Source: Opitutales bacterium
Lineage (GTDB): Bacteria > Verrucomicrobiota > Verrucomicrobiia > Opitutales > Oceanipulchritudinaceae
Length of the DNA: 64,000 nt
Direction of reading: 5' to 3'
Assembly (NCBI GenBank): GCA_020831585.1
Contig: JAFIGE010000006.1
Location: forward strand, 1,198 to 65,197
The position numbers were made by a program, and so were the translations under genes. Below the pieces are notes generated by a model that was not told the origin of the DNA, ran no database searches, and saw nothing but the letters and a program-made list of their open reading frames with translations. Shown one piece after another: positions 44,264 through 52,882 of this stretch. Each line of letters opens with the position of its first letter. The stretch's first letter is position 1.

Positions 44264-46831
44264 TCAATCCATCCGGGAGAGACGCACACGGAGGAAGCGG
44301 CGTTCCCCGGGGGGCAGGGGGTGCGTGAGGCGTACGGTGACGAGGTCGTGGTCGGTCGGGGTGGTGTCCACGGCGTGTTGGGAGATGAGGGAGGGGTCGC
44401 TTTGCCAACTGCCGGTTTCGAGGCGGGCGCTGCTTTCGATGGTGTAGACGAGACCAGCGGCGGTGGGATCTTTGACCCGGCGGAATGTGAGGGCGAAATG
44501 GGGCTGGCCGTTCACCTCGACAGTGGATGAGACGGGTGCGGGGTCGGGCGCGTCGGCGGGCGTGATCGCCCCGGGGAGGGTCCAGATGGTGGCGTAGTTC
44601 CAGCCGTTGGACACATCGAAGACGATGTGGGTGGTGCCGCCAACGATTTGCGCCGAGACTTCCGGCGGGAGTTCGTCGGGGGTGAGTTCGGCGGGCCAAG
44701 TGACGCGGACTTGGGTGGTGGCGTGGGTGGGTTCCGTGAGGGCCAGGTGTAGGCGGGGTCCCTCGATTTTCCAGAATAGGATGCAGGGGGTATCGACAGC
44801 CACGCCTTCGATCTCCCCGGCTTCCCAGAAGACCGCACCGACTGCCTGCTCGGATTTGTGGCGCACGGCGTGCAGGGCATCTGTGCGGGCAAGGATTGCG
44901 TAGGGCATGGCGGCTGCCTTCGCAGCCGTTTGCACGGCATTGGCTTGAGGGAGAACAACGTAGGCATAACCGGCGTTGGTGGGTTGCACCCCGTGGTCGA
45001 ACCAGAGGGTAAGGATGGGGTGTGTGTGGACTGTGGAGGTGTCGCCCGAACCGATGTCGGACCAGCGCCCGCTGTGGTTGGCCCGCTGGATGCGGATGGT
45101 GGGGGACTCGGGGAAAATGTATCCAAAATCACCTTCGTGCGCCCACGTGGCTCCGGCGTGGGTCGTGATGCCGACGCTGGTGGGGCGCGGCTGGCCGTCG
45201 ATGAGGATGGGGCTCGCCAACTCCCCCATGGGGCGCTGGTTGACGATGGTCTCGACGGTGCGGGGGGTTGTGCCCGTGATGCCGGAGCCGAGGGCGACCA
45301 TGGCGTCCTCAAAGAAGAACCAGGATTTTCTGGCGACGAGGTCGGAATCGTGTTGGTGGGCGCGGGCGCGGAAGTCCATGGCAACCGCCCCGTGCTGGCC
45401 GGTGGTGGCCGTAGCGACGAAAGGGCGCAGCCCGGAGAGGTAGTGGTAGGCTACGCCGAGGTTGAGCCCGTTTTCCACCGTGGTGCCGGGGAGACGGTGA
45501 TAATCGAGGACGGGGAGCACGTTGCTGCGCCGGTATTCGGGCCCGGTTTGCATCCAGGTGACGCCGGAGGCGAGGTGGCGGCCACGTTTGTTTTCGTTGT
45601 TCCAGGTTTCTCCGATAAGGGTGCGGGTGGAGACGGTTTTGAGGGATATGAAGCGGTCGTCGCGCCGGTGGATGGCGTAGTCGGAGAGGTTGTAAGCCTT
45701 CATCCCGGAGGGAAGGGCGGCGGGGCCGGGGCTGGCTTCGACGAGGGCGGCGAGCCCGGCATATTCGGGGAGGAGGGGGAAGTCCCAGGTCTGGAGGAGG
45801 CGGCGGGCAGCGGCGGCAGCTCCGGCCTGCGCGGGCGAAGGGGGCGCGTTGCCGAGGATGAGGAGACCGTTGAGGATGAAGGCGGCGTTGCGGTCGGCGC
45901 GGACAAAGGCGCGGCCTTCAGAGGAAATGTCGTAGTAGTTGTCGAAGAGGATCCAGCGCCCGCCTTCGAGGACAAAGCGGTTGAGTAGGTCGAAGCGGGC
46001 GGCGTCGAGCTGGTGGGCGGTGCCTTCGGCGATGCGGGTGAATTCGGCCACGCGGAAAATGAAAGTGGCCCCGTAGTGGCCGGTCTGGAGTTGCTCTTCG
46101 TGCGCTTGGAAACTCATGTCCGGCATGAGCCCTTCCTCGCCCGGACCGACGATCCGCACCTGCTGGGCGAGGCGGTTGGCGGCGGCGGAGACAGCGGCGG
46201 CATCGTCCGCGAGCATCCCGTAGAAGAGGCGGCCAAAGGCCCACCAGATTTGATTGGTCATGCCTTCGGCGGCGAAGCGTGGACCGGTCGGTCCGACCAG
46301 ATAGTTGAGGGTGGCGGCGGTGGTTGCGAGGCGTTCCGCGCCGAGTTCCTCGCGCACAAGGAGGAGGGTGGGGCCGTAGCGCTCGGGGATGCCGTTTTGC
46401 CACCACCACCAGTTGCCGCGGTTGAGGTTGGTCGAGGGGTTGACGAATGTTTCGATGTGGTCGATGGTGGCAAGGATCCCTCCGAGGAGGGCATCGTCGC
46501 CGTGGAGGGCGGAGCCGGGCGTGGCCCATGCGCGGGTCATTTCCTGGAGGCGTTCGTAGTGGGGCACGAAGTTATCCGGGCTGTTGGGATTGTAGATGAC
46601 GTCGGCCCAGGCCCCATTTTGCTGGAGCGTGGCGAGCGCAGTGGCGGCATTGTCGGAAAGCGTGGCAAGGGCGCTCTCCATGCGCGGGGAGGCGCGGCTG
46701 GCCTCGTCGGCTCTCCAATAAGCGAGGGCGTTTTCGCGCATTTGGGAAAGATCGCTGGCGGTGGTGCCAGTGGCAAGAATGGTCGGGAGCGCCATGGCAA
46801 GGAACATGCGGAGGGGGCGGGAAGAGAACAT
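44264..46831 (-). CDS. Polysaccharide lyase family 8-like enzyme with a conserved C-terminal module
   Basis: Start at MFSSRPLRMFLAMALPTILA (ATG 46831). NRGNWWWWQNGIPE motif and the layout of alpha-toroid plus beta-sandwich seen in PL8 (xanthan/hyaluronate/chondroitin AC lyases). C-terminus reads ...FALTFRRV...LVYTIESSARL...RRFLRVRLS. Confidence 0.65.
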   Translation of the reverse strand: MFSSRPLRMFLAMALPTILATGTTASDLSQMRENALAYWRADEASRASPRMESALATLSDNAATALATLQQNGAWADVIYNPNSPDNFVPHYERLQEMTRAWATPGSALHGDDALLGGILATIDHIETFVNPSTNLNRGNWWWWQNGIPERYGPTLLLVREELGAERLATTAATLNYLVGPTGPRFAAEGMTNQIWWAFGRLFYGMLADDAAAVSAAANRLAQQVRIVGPGEEGLMPDMSFQAHEEQLQTGHYGATFIFRVAEFTRIAEGTAHQLDAARFDLLNRFVLEGGRWILFDNYYDISSEGRAFVRADRNAAFILNGLLILGNAPPSPAQAGAAAAARRLLQTWDFPLLPEYAGLAALVEASPGPAALPSGMKAYNLSDYAIHRRDDRFISLKTVSTRTLIGETWNNENKRGRHLASGVTWMQTGPEYRRSNVLPVLDYHRLPGTTVENGLNLGVAYHYLSGLRPFVATATTGQHGAVAMDFRARAHQHDSDLVARKSWFFFEDAMVALGSGITGTTPRTVETIVNQRPMGELASPILIDGQPRPTSVGITTHAGATWAHEGDFGYIFPESPTIRIQRANHSGRWSDIGSGDTSTVHTHPILTLWFDHGVQPTNAGYAYVVLPQANAVQTAAKAAAMPYAILARTDALHAVRHKSEQAVGAVFWEAGEIEGVAVDTPCILFWKIEGPRLHLALTEPTHATTQVRVTWPAELTPDELPPEVSAQIVGGTTHIVFDVSNGWNYATIWTLPGAITPADAPDPAPVSSTVEVNGQPHFALTFRRVKDPTAAGLVYTIESSARLETGSWQSDPSLISQHAVDTTPTDHDLVTVRLTHPLPPGERRFLRVRLSRMD

Positions 46832-46840
46832 GGGATTGGG

Positions 46841-46880
46841 TTGAAAAAGGGGCCAACCCGTTTGTGGATTGGCCCCTTTG
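46841..46880 (-). terminator. Intrinsic terminator after the PEP-CTERM gene
   Basis: AAAGGGGCCAA (46846-46856) pairs with TTGGCCCCTTT (46869-46879). On the minus strand a TTTTTCAA tail follows. Confidence 0.75.
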
Positions 46881-46937
46881 GGAGAAGAGTGTGCAAGTTT
46901 GTGCTTCCGCGCCGGGGAAAGCGGCAGGGTGCCACTT

Positions 46938-47723
46938 CTACTTCTGGCGGCGGCGGAGGTAGACGAAGGCGAGGGTGAGGAGGCCGAAGATGGCCGCGTA
47001 GGTGGAGGGCTCGGGCACGGCGATGACGTCGATCTCGTAGAAGCCGGAGTAGAGGGCACTTCCGGTTTGCGCGACGGGATTGGTAGCGAAGGCAAGGTAA
47101 CGGAAACTCCCGAGCGATCCCGAGCTGTCGCTGATGCGGATACCGGTGAAGCCGTAATCGTTGTCGGTCAGTCCTGTGCCGATGCCACCGAGATCGTTGT
47201 CGATGGTGGTGGCGTCGAGGGTGTTTACGGTAACGAGGCTCGTGTAGGTGCCCAAGTCCGTGGCATTGAAACCGACTTCGTTACCCGTGGCGGCGAAGAG
47301 GGTATAGTGTTGGTTGGCCCGCGACGTGTTGATGTCGCTGGGAGCGCGGTTGTGCACGAAGGTAAGGATCTCGGCGATGGCTTCGACGGAACCCAGATCG
47401 AGGAAGAAGGTCTTCACCGTGGTGGAGTTGAGGCTCTCGTTGGAGAAGATGGCCGCCTGCGTGGCGCTGCCTGTGTTGAGGTTGCCCGGGCTCCCGAGGA
47501 CAAAGCCGTGCGAGCCTGTGAACGTGCCCGATTCGGCGAGATCTCCAGAGGTGATCAGGGGAAAGCCCGTGGCGGTGTTCAGGGGCGCGAAATCAGTCGC
47601 GGGCAAGACGCCTGAGCCGGTGGCCGCCTGCCCGAAGTATGCCGCATCGACAACGATCTGCGCGGTGGCGAAGGGAGAGAGGGCCAGTGTGGCAAGAATA
47701 GATAGGGTCGTTTTGGTTTTCAT
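46938..47723 (-). CDS. PEP-CTERM sorting-domain secreted protein
   Basis: Signal peptide MKTKTTLSILATLALSPFATAQ. C-terminal VPEPSTYAAIFGLLTLAFVYLRRRQK. Confidence 0.85.
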   Translation of the reverse strand: MKTKTTLSILATLALSPFATAQIVVDAAYFGQAATGSGVLPATDFAPLNTATGFPLITSGDLAESGTFTGSHGFVLGSPGNLNTGSATQAAIFSNESLNSTTVKTFFLDLGSVEAIAEILTFVHNRAPSDINTSRANQHYTLFAATGNEVGFNATDLGTYTSLVTVNTLDATTIDNDLGGIGTGLTDNDYGFTGIRISDSSGSLGSFRYLAFATNPVAQTGSALYSGFYEIDVIAVPEPSTYAAIFGLLTLAFVYLRRRQK

Positions 47724-47775
47724 AGGGGAGGGATATTAGCATTCCGTTTCCGCATCCGTCTTGACAGGGAAAGCC

Positions 47776-48927
47776 ATGTTTTTGACTCTGGCGGTCAAAA
47801 GTGTGAACCCTTCTTACATCGGCATTGGATTTGATAGTTACCGCCCTTGGAACAGGGGGGTGCTGCAGGGGGTGACGCGTTACGCGCGGGAGCATGCGGA
47901 TTGGCACTTGGTTCTTCCGGGATTGGCGACGAAGGAGATGACCTTCTTTCAGGAGTTGGCCGAGCGGGTGGATGGCTGGATAGTGGACCGTCCGTATGTG
48001 TCCTTGCCGGGTGATTTGCCGCAGGTGGCGATCACGCCGGAAGGCCATGATCGCTTCCGCGCGGCGGTGATCAGCGATATGGAGGCCATTGGGGCGCTGG
48101 CGGCGGAAGCTTTTTTTGCGGCGGGTTACCGCCAGGCGGCTTGCCTGGAGATCGTGCCCGGGGCGCACCCGCCCGATGATGAGCGCGATGCGGGTTTCCG
48201 GAGGCGGGCGGAGGAGCTGGGTATGCCAGTCGAACCGGTGCCCTCCCCGCTGATCCAAGGGCGGGCGGATGTCAGTAAGGCGTTGATCGTGCGTTTGCGG
48301 TGCCTGGTGAAGCCGGTGGGGCTCTTCGCACACAACCTCAACGAGGTGCACGCGTTGTCCTTTTTCATCGCCGAAGCGAGTTTGCAGGTGCCGAATGAGA
48401 TTGGGCTGATCGTCGGCGGGGATGACCGCACCGGTTTGGAGGCGCTCATTCCCTCGGTCTCCGGAATCGACCGCAACATGAGCCAGATTGGCTGGCAGGC
48501 GGCCCGGCAACTGCACCGTTTACTGCGCGGCGAGGCGGTCGAGCGGGTCATCCGTGTTCCGCCTCTGGGCGTGGTCGCGCGGGAGTCGACCGAGTTGGAC
48601 CGGCACGAGGATGTGGTTATTCGCAAAGCGGTGCAGTTTATCCGCAACAGCCTCCTGGAGCCCCTGCCCATGAGCCGCATTGCCGCCGCCGCGCATGTCT
48701 CCGAGAGTTCGCTCCACCGTCGCTTCCGGCGGGTTCTCGGTTACACTCCGGCAGAGGAGGTTCGGCGGCAACGTTTACGCCGGGCACTCAAGCTCCTGCG
48801 GGAAACCCACCTGCCCCTGGCCGACGTCTCGGAGCGTTGCGGTTACGCAGAGAGTTCGCAGCTTTCCCGCGCGGTCAAAGGAGAGACCGGTATGACGCCC
48901 AAAGGCTTTCGCCAAGCGACGCGTTGA
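47776..48927 (+). CDS. XylR-like regulator (periplasmic-binding-protein-like sensor domain plus AraC-type HTH)
   Basis: The C-terminal AraC HTH (SESSLHRRFRRVLGYTPAEE...GYAESSQLSRAVKGETGMTP). Confidence 0.8.
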   Translation: MFLTLAVKSVNPSYIGIGFDSYRPWNRGVLQGVTRYAREHADWHLVLPGLATKEMTFFQELAERVDGWIVDRPYVSLPGDLPQVAITPEGHDRFRAAVISDMEAIGALAAEAFFAAGYRQAACLEIVPGAHPPDDERDAGFRRRAEELGMPVEPVPSPLIQGRADVSKALIVRLRCLVKPVGLFAHNLNEVHALSFFIAEASLQVPNEIGLIVGGDDRTGLEALIPSVSGIDRNMSQIGWQAARQLHRLLRGEAVERVIRVPPLGVVARESTELDRHEDVVIRKAVQFIRNSLLEPLPMSRIAAAAHVSESSLHRRFRRVLGYTPAEEVRRQRLRRALKLLRETHLPLADVSERCGYAESSQLSRAVKGETGMTPKGFRQATR

Positions 48928-48990
48928 TTTCTTTTGATGGGGTGGGAAAAAGAGCTTGAGTCTTTCATTTGAAAGGGATTGGATATTCAA

Positions 48991-49437
48991 ATGAAATACA
49001 AAATCAGGGAAGAGAACATTCGCCACTGGATGGTCGAAGAGTCGGGCACCTTGATTTCGGCAGATCCGGTGCAAGCGGTGGATCGGGTCGCGAAGGGTTT
49101 GCCCACAGGGGAGTTTGATGCGTTGCGCGGGATGCTGGGCCTCACGGTGGAGGAGATGGCGCACAAAGTCGGGCTTTCGGTGGCCACGCTCTCGCGGCGG
49201 CGGGCGCAAGACCAGCCTCTCGATCCACAGCACAGCGACCGGTTGATGCGCTATGCCCGGCTCTATTGGCTGGCGGTTGGGCTCTTTGAGGGAGATGTGG
49301 CGTCCGCCCGTGAGTGGTTGAAGCGCCCGGCGATTAGCCTCGGGGGGCGGAAGCCGCTGGACTTTGCGGAGACGGAGGTGGGTGCCCGCGAAGTGGAGGA
49401 TCTCATCGGTCGCCTCGAATACGGCATCTATGTCTGA
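48991..49437 (+). CDS. Xre-like antitoxin with a toxin-binding DUF2384-type domain (ParS/MbcA family)
   Basis: An HTH segment LGLTVEEMAHKVGLSVATLSRRR and a C-terminal motif REWLKRP...LGGRKPLD. 8-nt overlap with the toxin gene. Confidence 0.75.
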   Translation: MKYKIREENIRHWMVEESGTLISADPVQAVDRVAKGLPTGEFDALRGMLGLTVEEMAHKVGLSVATLSRRRAQDQPLDPQHSDRLMRYARLYWLAVGLFEGDVASAREWLKRPAISLGGRKPLDFAETEVGAREVEDLIGRLEYGIYV

Positions 49438-49906
49438 GCGTGGCGAGGTCTCCGCGTGGCGCTTGGTGAAGCGCGCCTACGCGGAGTCGGCATTTGACGG
49501 CGAGGGCTCTTTCCGCTTCGGCGGCCGCTGGAACTCGCGCGGTTTCCGGATGGTCTATGTGAGCTCCACTCTGTCGCTTGCGGCCCTCGAATTTCTTGTG
49601 CATCTGGATGCGGCCTTTGCGGTTCCCAGGCAGGTCGCTTTCCCTCTGCGGATCCCGCCGGGATTGGTCGAAGCGTTTGCACCGGGTGGCGGAAGCTCAC
49701 CAGCCAGGGGGCTGCCGGATCTCAGTGAGAGCCGTTCGGTCGGTGACCGTTGGATACGCGAGGCGCGTTCTGCCGCGCTCGCCGTGCCCAGTGCCATTAT
49801 TCCTCAGGAGATCAATTTTCTCCTGAATCCCGCCCATCCGGATTTCTCCAAAATCGGGATCGGTCCTGCCGAAGCCTTTGCCTTCGATAAGCGGTTGGTG
49901 CCATAA
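49430..49906 (+). CDS. RES-domain toxin (ParT/MbcT family, NAD+-targeting)
   Basis: AWRLVKRAYAESAFDGEGSFRFGGRWNSRG..MVY.S..LSLAALE. The R-E-S signature context. Confidence 0.8.
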   Translation: MSERGEVSAWRLVKRAYAESAFDGEGSFRFGGRWNSRGFRMVYVSSTLSLAALEFLVHLDAAFAVPRQVAFPLRIPPGLVEAFAPGGGSSPARGLPDLSESRSVGDRWIREARSAALAVPSAIIPQEINFLLNPAHPDFSKIGIGPAEAFAFDKRLVP

Positions 49907-49940
49907 GAAGATTCGACAGGGGCGGATGATTTCTGGATGA

Positions 49941-50897
49941 ATGTTCCGAATGAACGCGAAAACGAAGATCTTTATTGCCGGTCATCAGGGGATGGTCGGG
50001 CGTGCGGTGACGGATAAACTCCGCGAGCGGGGATTTTCCGAATTGTGCCTGCGCACGCGGCAGGCCTTGGATCTCACCGACCGGGCGGCGGTGGACGCTT
50101 TCTATGCAGCCGAGCGACCCGGGGTGGTCATCGTGGCGGCGGCAAAGGTCGGTGGTATTCACGCGAATGCCACCTTCCCGGCTGATTTTATGCGCGACAA
50201 CCTCGCGATCGAGCTGAACCTTATTGACGGAGCTTACCGGCACGGGGTGGAGCGTGTGCTGTTTCTCGGGAGCTCCTGCATCTATCCCCGGGAGGCTCCG
50301 CAACCGATGACCGAGGATGTGCTGCTCACGAGCCCTCTCGAAAAGACCAACGAGGCCTACGCTTTGGCCAAGATCGCCGGGCTGAAAATGTGCTCCTATT
50401 ATCGCCAACAATACGGGGTGCTCTACCACTCGGCGATGCCCACGAATCTTTACGGACCCGGCGACAACTACCATCTGCAAAACTCGCACGTGCTCCCGGC
50501 GCTTTTGCGCAAATTCCATGAAGCGCGCGAACGCGGGGATGCGGAGGTAGGGGTGTGGGGAACGGGGTCGCCCCGGCGGGAGTTTCTCCACACGGAGGAT
50601 CTCGCCGAGGGCCTCATTCATCTGCTCGAATTGGAAAACCCTCCGGATTGGGTGAATATCGGAACAGGGGAGGACATACAGATTCGCGAGCTTGCCCAGC
50701 TCGTGAAGAAGATCGTTGGCTTCAGTGGCGATCTCACTTTCGACACCTCCAAGCCCGATGGCACGCCGCGCAAGCTTCTCGACATTTCGCGCATCCGCGC
50801 GACGGGTTGGAGCCCCCGGATCTCGCTCGAGGACGGTATCCGCGCCGTTTATAAGGAGTTTTGCGAAAGCCTTGCGGCGGGCACCGCGCGCCTTTGA
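49941..50897 (+). CDS. fcl: GDP-L-fucose synthase
   Basis: [29 protein letters not shown] and YALAKIAG motifs. Confidence 0.9.
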   Translation: MFRMNAKTKIFIAGHQGMVGRAVTDKLRERGFSELCLRTRQALDLTDRAAVDAFYAAERPGVVIVAAAKVGGIHANATFPADFMRDNLAIELNLIDGAYRHGVERVLFLGSSCIYPREAPQPMTEDVLLTSPLEKTNEAYALAKIAGLKMCSYYRQQYGVLYHSAMPTNLYGPGDNYHLQNSHVLPALLRKFHEARERGDAEVGVWGTGSPRREFLHTEDLAEGLIHLLELENPPDWVNIGTGEDIQIRELAQLVKKIVGFSGDLTFDTSKPDGTPRKLLDISRIRATGWSPRISLEDGIRAVYKEFCESLAAGTARL

Positions 50898-51058
50898 AAT
50901 CTAGAAGGGGTGTGATTCGCTGAAATCCCCTGTTCCCGTTTTCACTGCCCGAAAGGTGATTTTTGGCAGCTTCGACAACTGAAGCCGGAAACCCTTTTAT
51001 TTTCCGCGCAGATCCGGTCACGGGGCGATTCAAAGTGCGAGGCAAGGGGCCCCCTTCT

Positions 51059-52618
51059 TTAGCGAAGCATGAGGGCAATGGCGGTCCCGATTAGACCTAT
51101 TGCCGCGATGACGGCTACGGGGGTGCGCGGCATCTCGCCGCCCGCTTCCATACCGCGTCCAAACATGAAGAACACGAGGGGGTGAACGAGAAAAGGCATG
51201 GCAAAGACAAAGGCGATCATACCCGCCGCCTCCGGTCCGGCCATCCCCCCCTGAATCGCCGCAAAGAGACCAAAGTGCGAGAGCGAGGAGCTCGTCGCCA
51301 TGAGGGCATTTTCAATGCCCATACCGCCGATGGCGAGGAGCACAAGACCCCCGAAAACCGCACTGATTTGCCAACCAAAGGAGAACTGCATGAGCGCCTT
51401 CACCTCCCGGCCGTCCTGCCCCTCCGAGCGGGCGAGGTTGCGGAGGGACCAGAGGGTCAGGCCCAAGCCAACGGCGGTCAAGGTGATCGCCGTGCCAAGG
51501 AGGAGCTCACCCCGCTCAACACTGAGCGCGAGGATGGAAAAGACAAAAATGTGCCCGAAAAAGGGGATGTTGATCATGATCGGCGCGCGCTTGGCCGCCG
51601 TATCCCCCAGGTCTCCTGCCGTGCAGGCACCCGTGAGGCCGGCGTGCGAAAGCGCCCCCGCCATGCCCGGCCCCAGATTGCGTACCGCCGCCGTGCCCCC
51701 CACAAACACAAGCAGCGCCATCCCGCCGAACATCCAGAAGACCTGCCCGAAGAAGCCGTAGGCCAGGACTGCGTTCATCCCCTCCAGTCCAAAGGCATCG
51801 CCAATACGCGAGCCGCCAATGACGAAGTTCGCCGCCAGCACCACGGGAATCCCGGCGAAGAGGAGACACCGCACCGCCGGACCATGGCTCCAGCGATAAA
51901 GCAGCGCCCCGGCCCCCGCCGCCATGAGCATGACAAAGAAAATCTGTGGCAGCGCGATGATGGGCCGCACTGCCGTGGCGATCTGGTGCCCGGCGATGAG
52001 CACGCCGAGAATGGCCAACATCTCCAGCAAGCCCTTGCCCAAATAGGTCCGCTTGTTCACAATGGCGGCTTTGTGATCGATTAGAATTACCGCGATGATC
52101 AATCCCATGTAAGCGATCAGCGGGTAATAACGCCCCAGCGAGGTCGCCGGTACGGTGCCTGTCAAAACCCGGTTCAGCGCCTCCAGTCCAAGCAAAAGAA
52201 AGAACGCCCGCGTGATGAAGATGACGTGCGTCCGGCCCGTCCCCCAGAAAATTTCCTCTGTCGAATAAACCACGCTCTCATCGCGCGGGGGAGGGGATGC
52301 CGCAAACAGCCGTCGCAATTCCTGTCCGCCGACAAAGAACGACGCCGCGAGGGCGATGATGGTGGCCTGGGCAATCATTCCCAGCATCGGAAAATCGCCC
52401 AAACCCGCCTCCGACACCCCTGTGGCCACGAGCAGGTAACCCATGATCAGGCCGAAAACGACGATAATGAGAATAGCCGAATAGCGCGTCCCAGCGACAA
52501 CGGCCCGCGCCACCAAGACCATCGGGATGATGAAAAAGAGCGATAACCAGAACTGATTAAAGAGGTGCTGGTGCGCCACCTCCTGCATTAAACGACCGGG
52601 GGAAACCTCATCGAACAT
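51059..52618 (-). CDS. Polytopic inner-membrane protein of unknown function (putative transporter)
   Basis: 519 codons, at least 12 hydrophobic segments, no recognised signature. Confidence 0.6.
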   Translation of the reverse strand: MFDEVSPGRLMQEVAHQHLFNQFWLSLFFIIPMVLVARAVVAGTRYSAILIIVVFGLIMGYLLVATGVSEAGLGDFPMLGMIAQATIIALAASFFVGGQELRRLFAASPPPRDESVVYSTEEIFWGTGRTHVIFITRAFFLLLGLEALNRVLTGTVPATSLGRYYPLIAYMGLIIAVILIDHKAAIVNKRTYLGKGLLEMLAILGVLIAGHQIATAVRPIIALPQIFFVMLMAAGAGALLYRWSHGPAVRCLLFAGIPVVLAANFVIGGSRIGDAFGLEGMNAVLAYGFFGQVFWMFGGMALLVFVGGTAAVRNLGPGMAGALSHAGLTGACTAGDLGDTAAKRAPIMINIPFFGHIFVFSILALSVERGELLLGTAITLTAVGLGLTLWSLRNLARSEGQDGREVKALMQFSFGWQISAVFGGLVLLAIGGMGIENALMATSSSLSHFGLFAAIQGGMAGPEAAGMIAFVFAMPFLVHPLVFFMFGRGMEAGGEMPRTPVAVIAAIGLIGTAIALMLR

Positions 52619-52671
52619 CCCTCCGGCCTAGCCCCCGGATTCAAAATAGCAAGCCCATCGGATAATGAACA

Positions 52672-52700
52672 ACCCTAAACACGGTAAATACAGTTGACAT
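52672..52700 (-). promoter_or_regulatory. AT-rich promoter-like box (ATGTCA-N17-TAGGGT, spacer ACTGTATTTACCGTGTT)
   Basis: 53 nt separate the -10-like hexamer from the ATG at 52618. Confidence 0.45.
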
Positions 52701-52882
52701 AACCTTGTTTTGTTCGGTGGGCGGGGAAGTGGCGAATATTGTCGGTCATCCGCAAATCGTCGGTGCGTATTGGCTACCATATCACGCTGCGAGTCGTGCA
52801 AAAACAGCAACCGCGTCAATTGTTATTGACAACGATACGAGGCATGTGAGCCCGCACCCGATGAGTCAGCGTTCTTCCGGAG

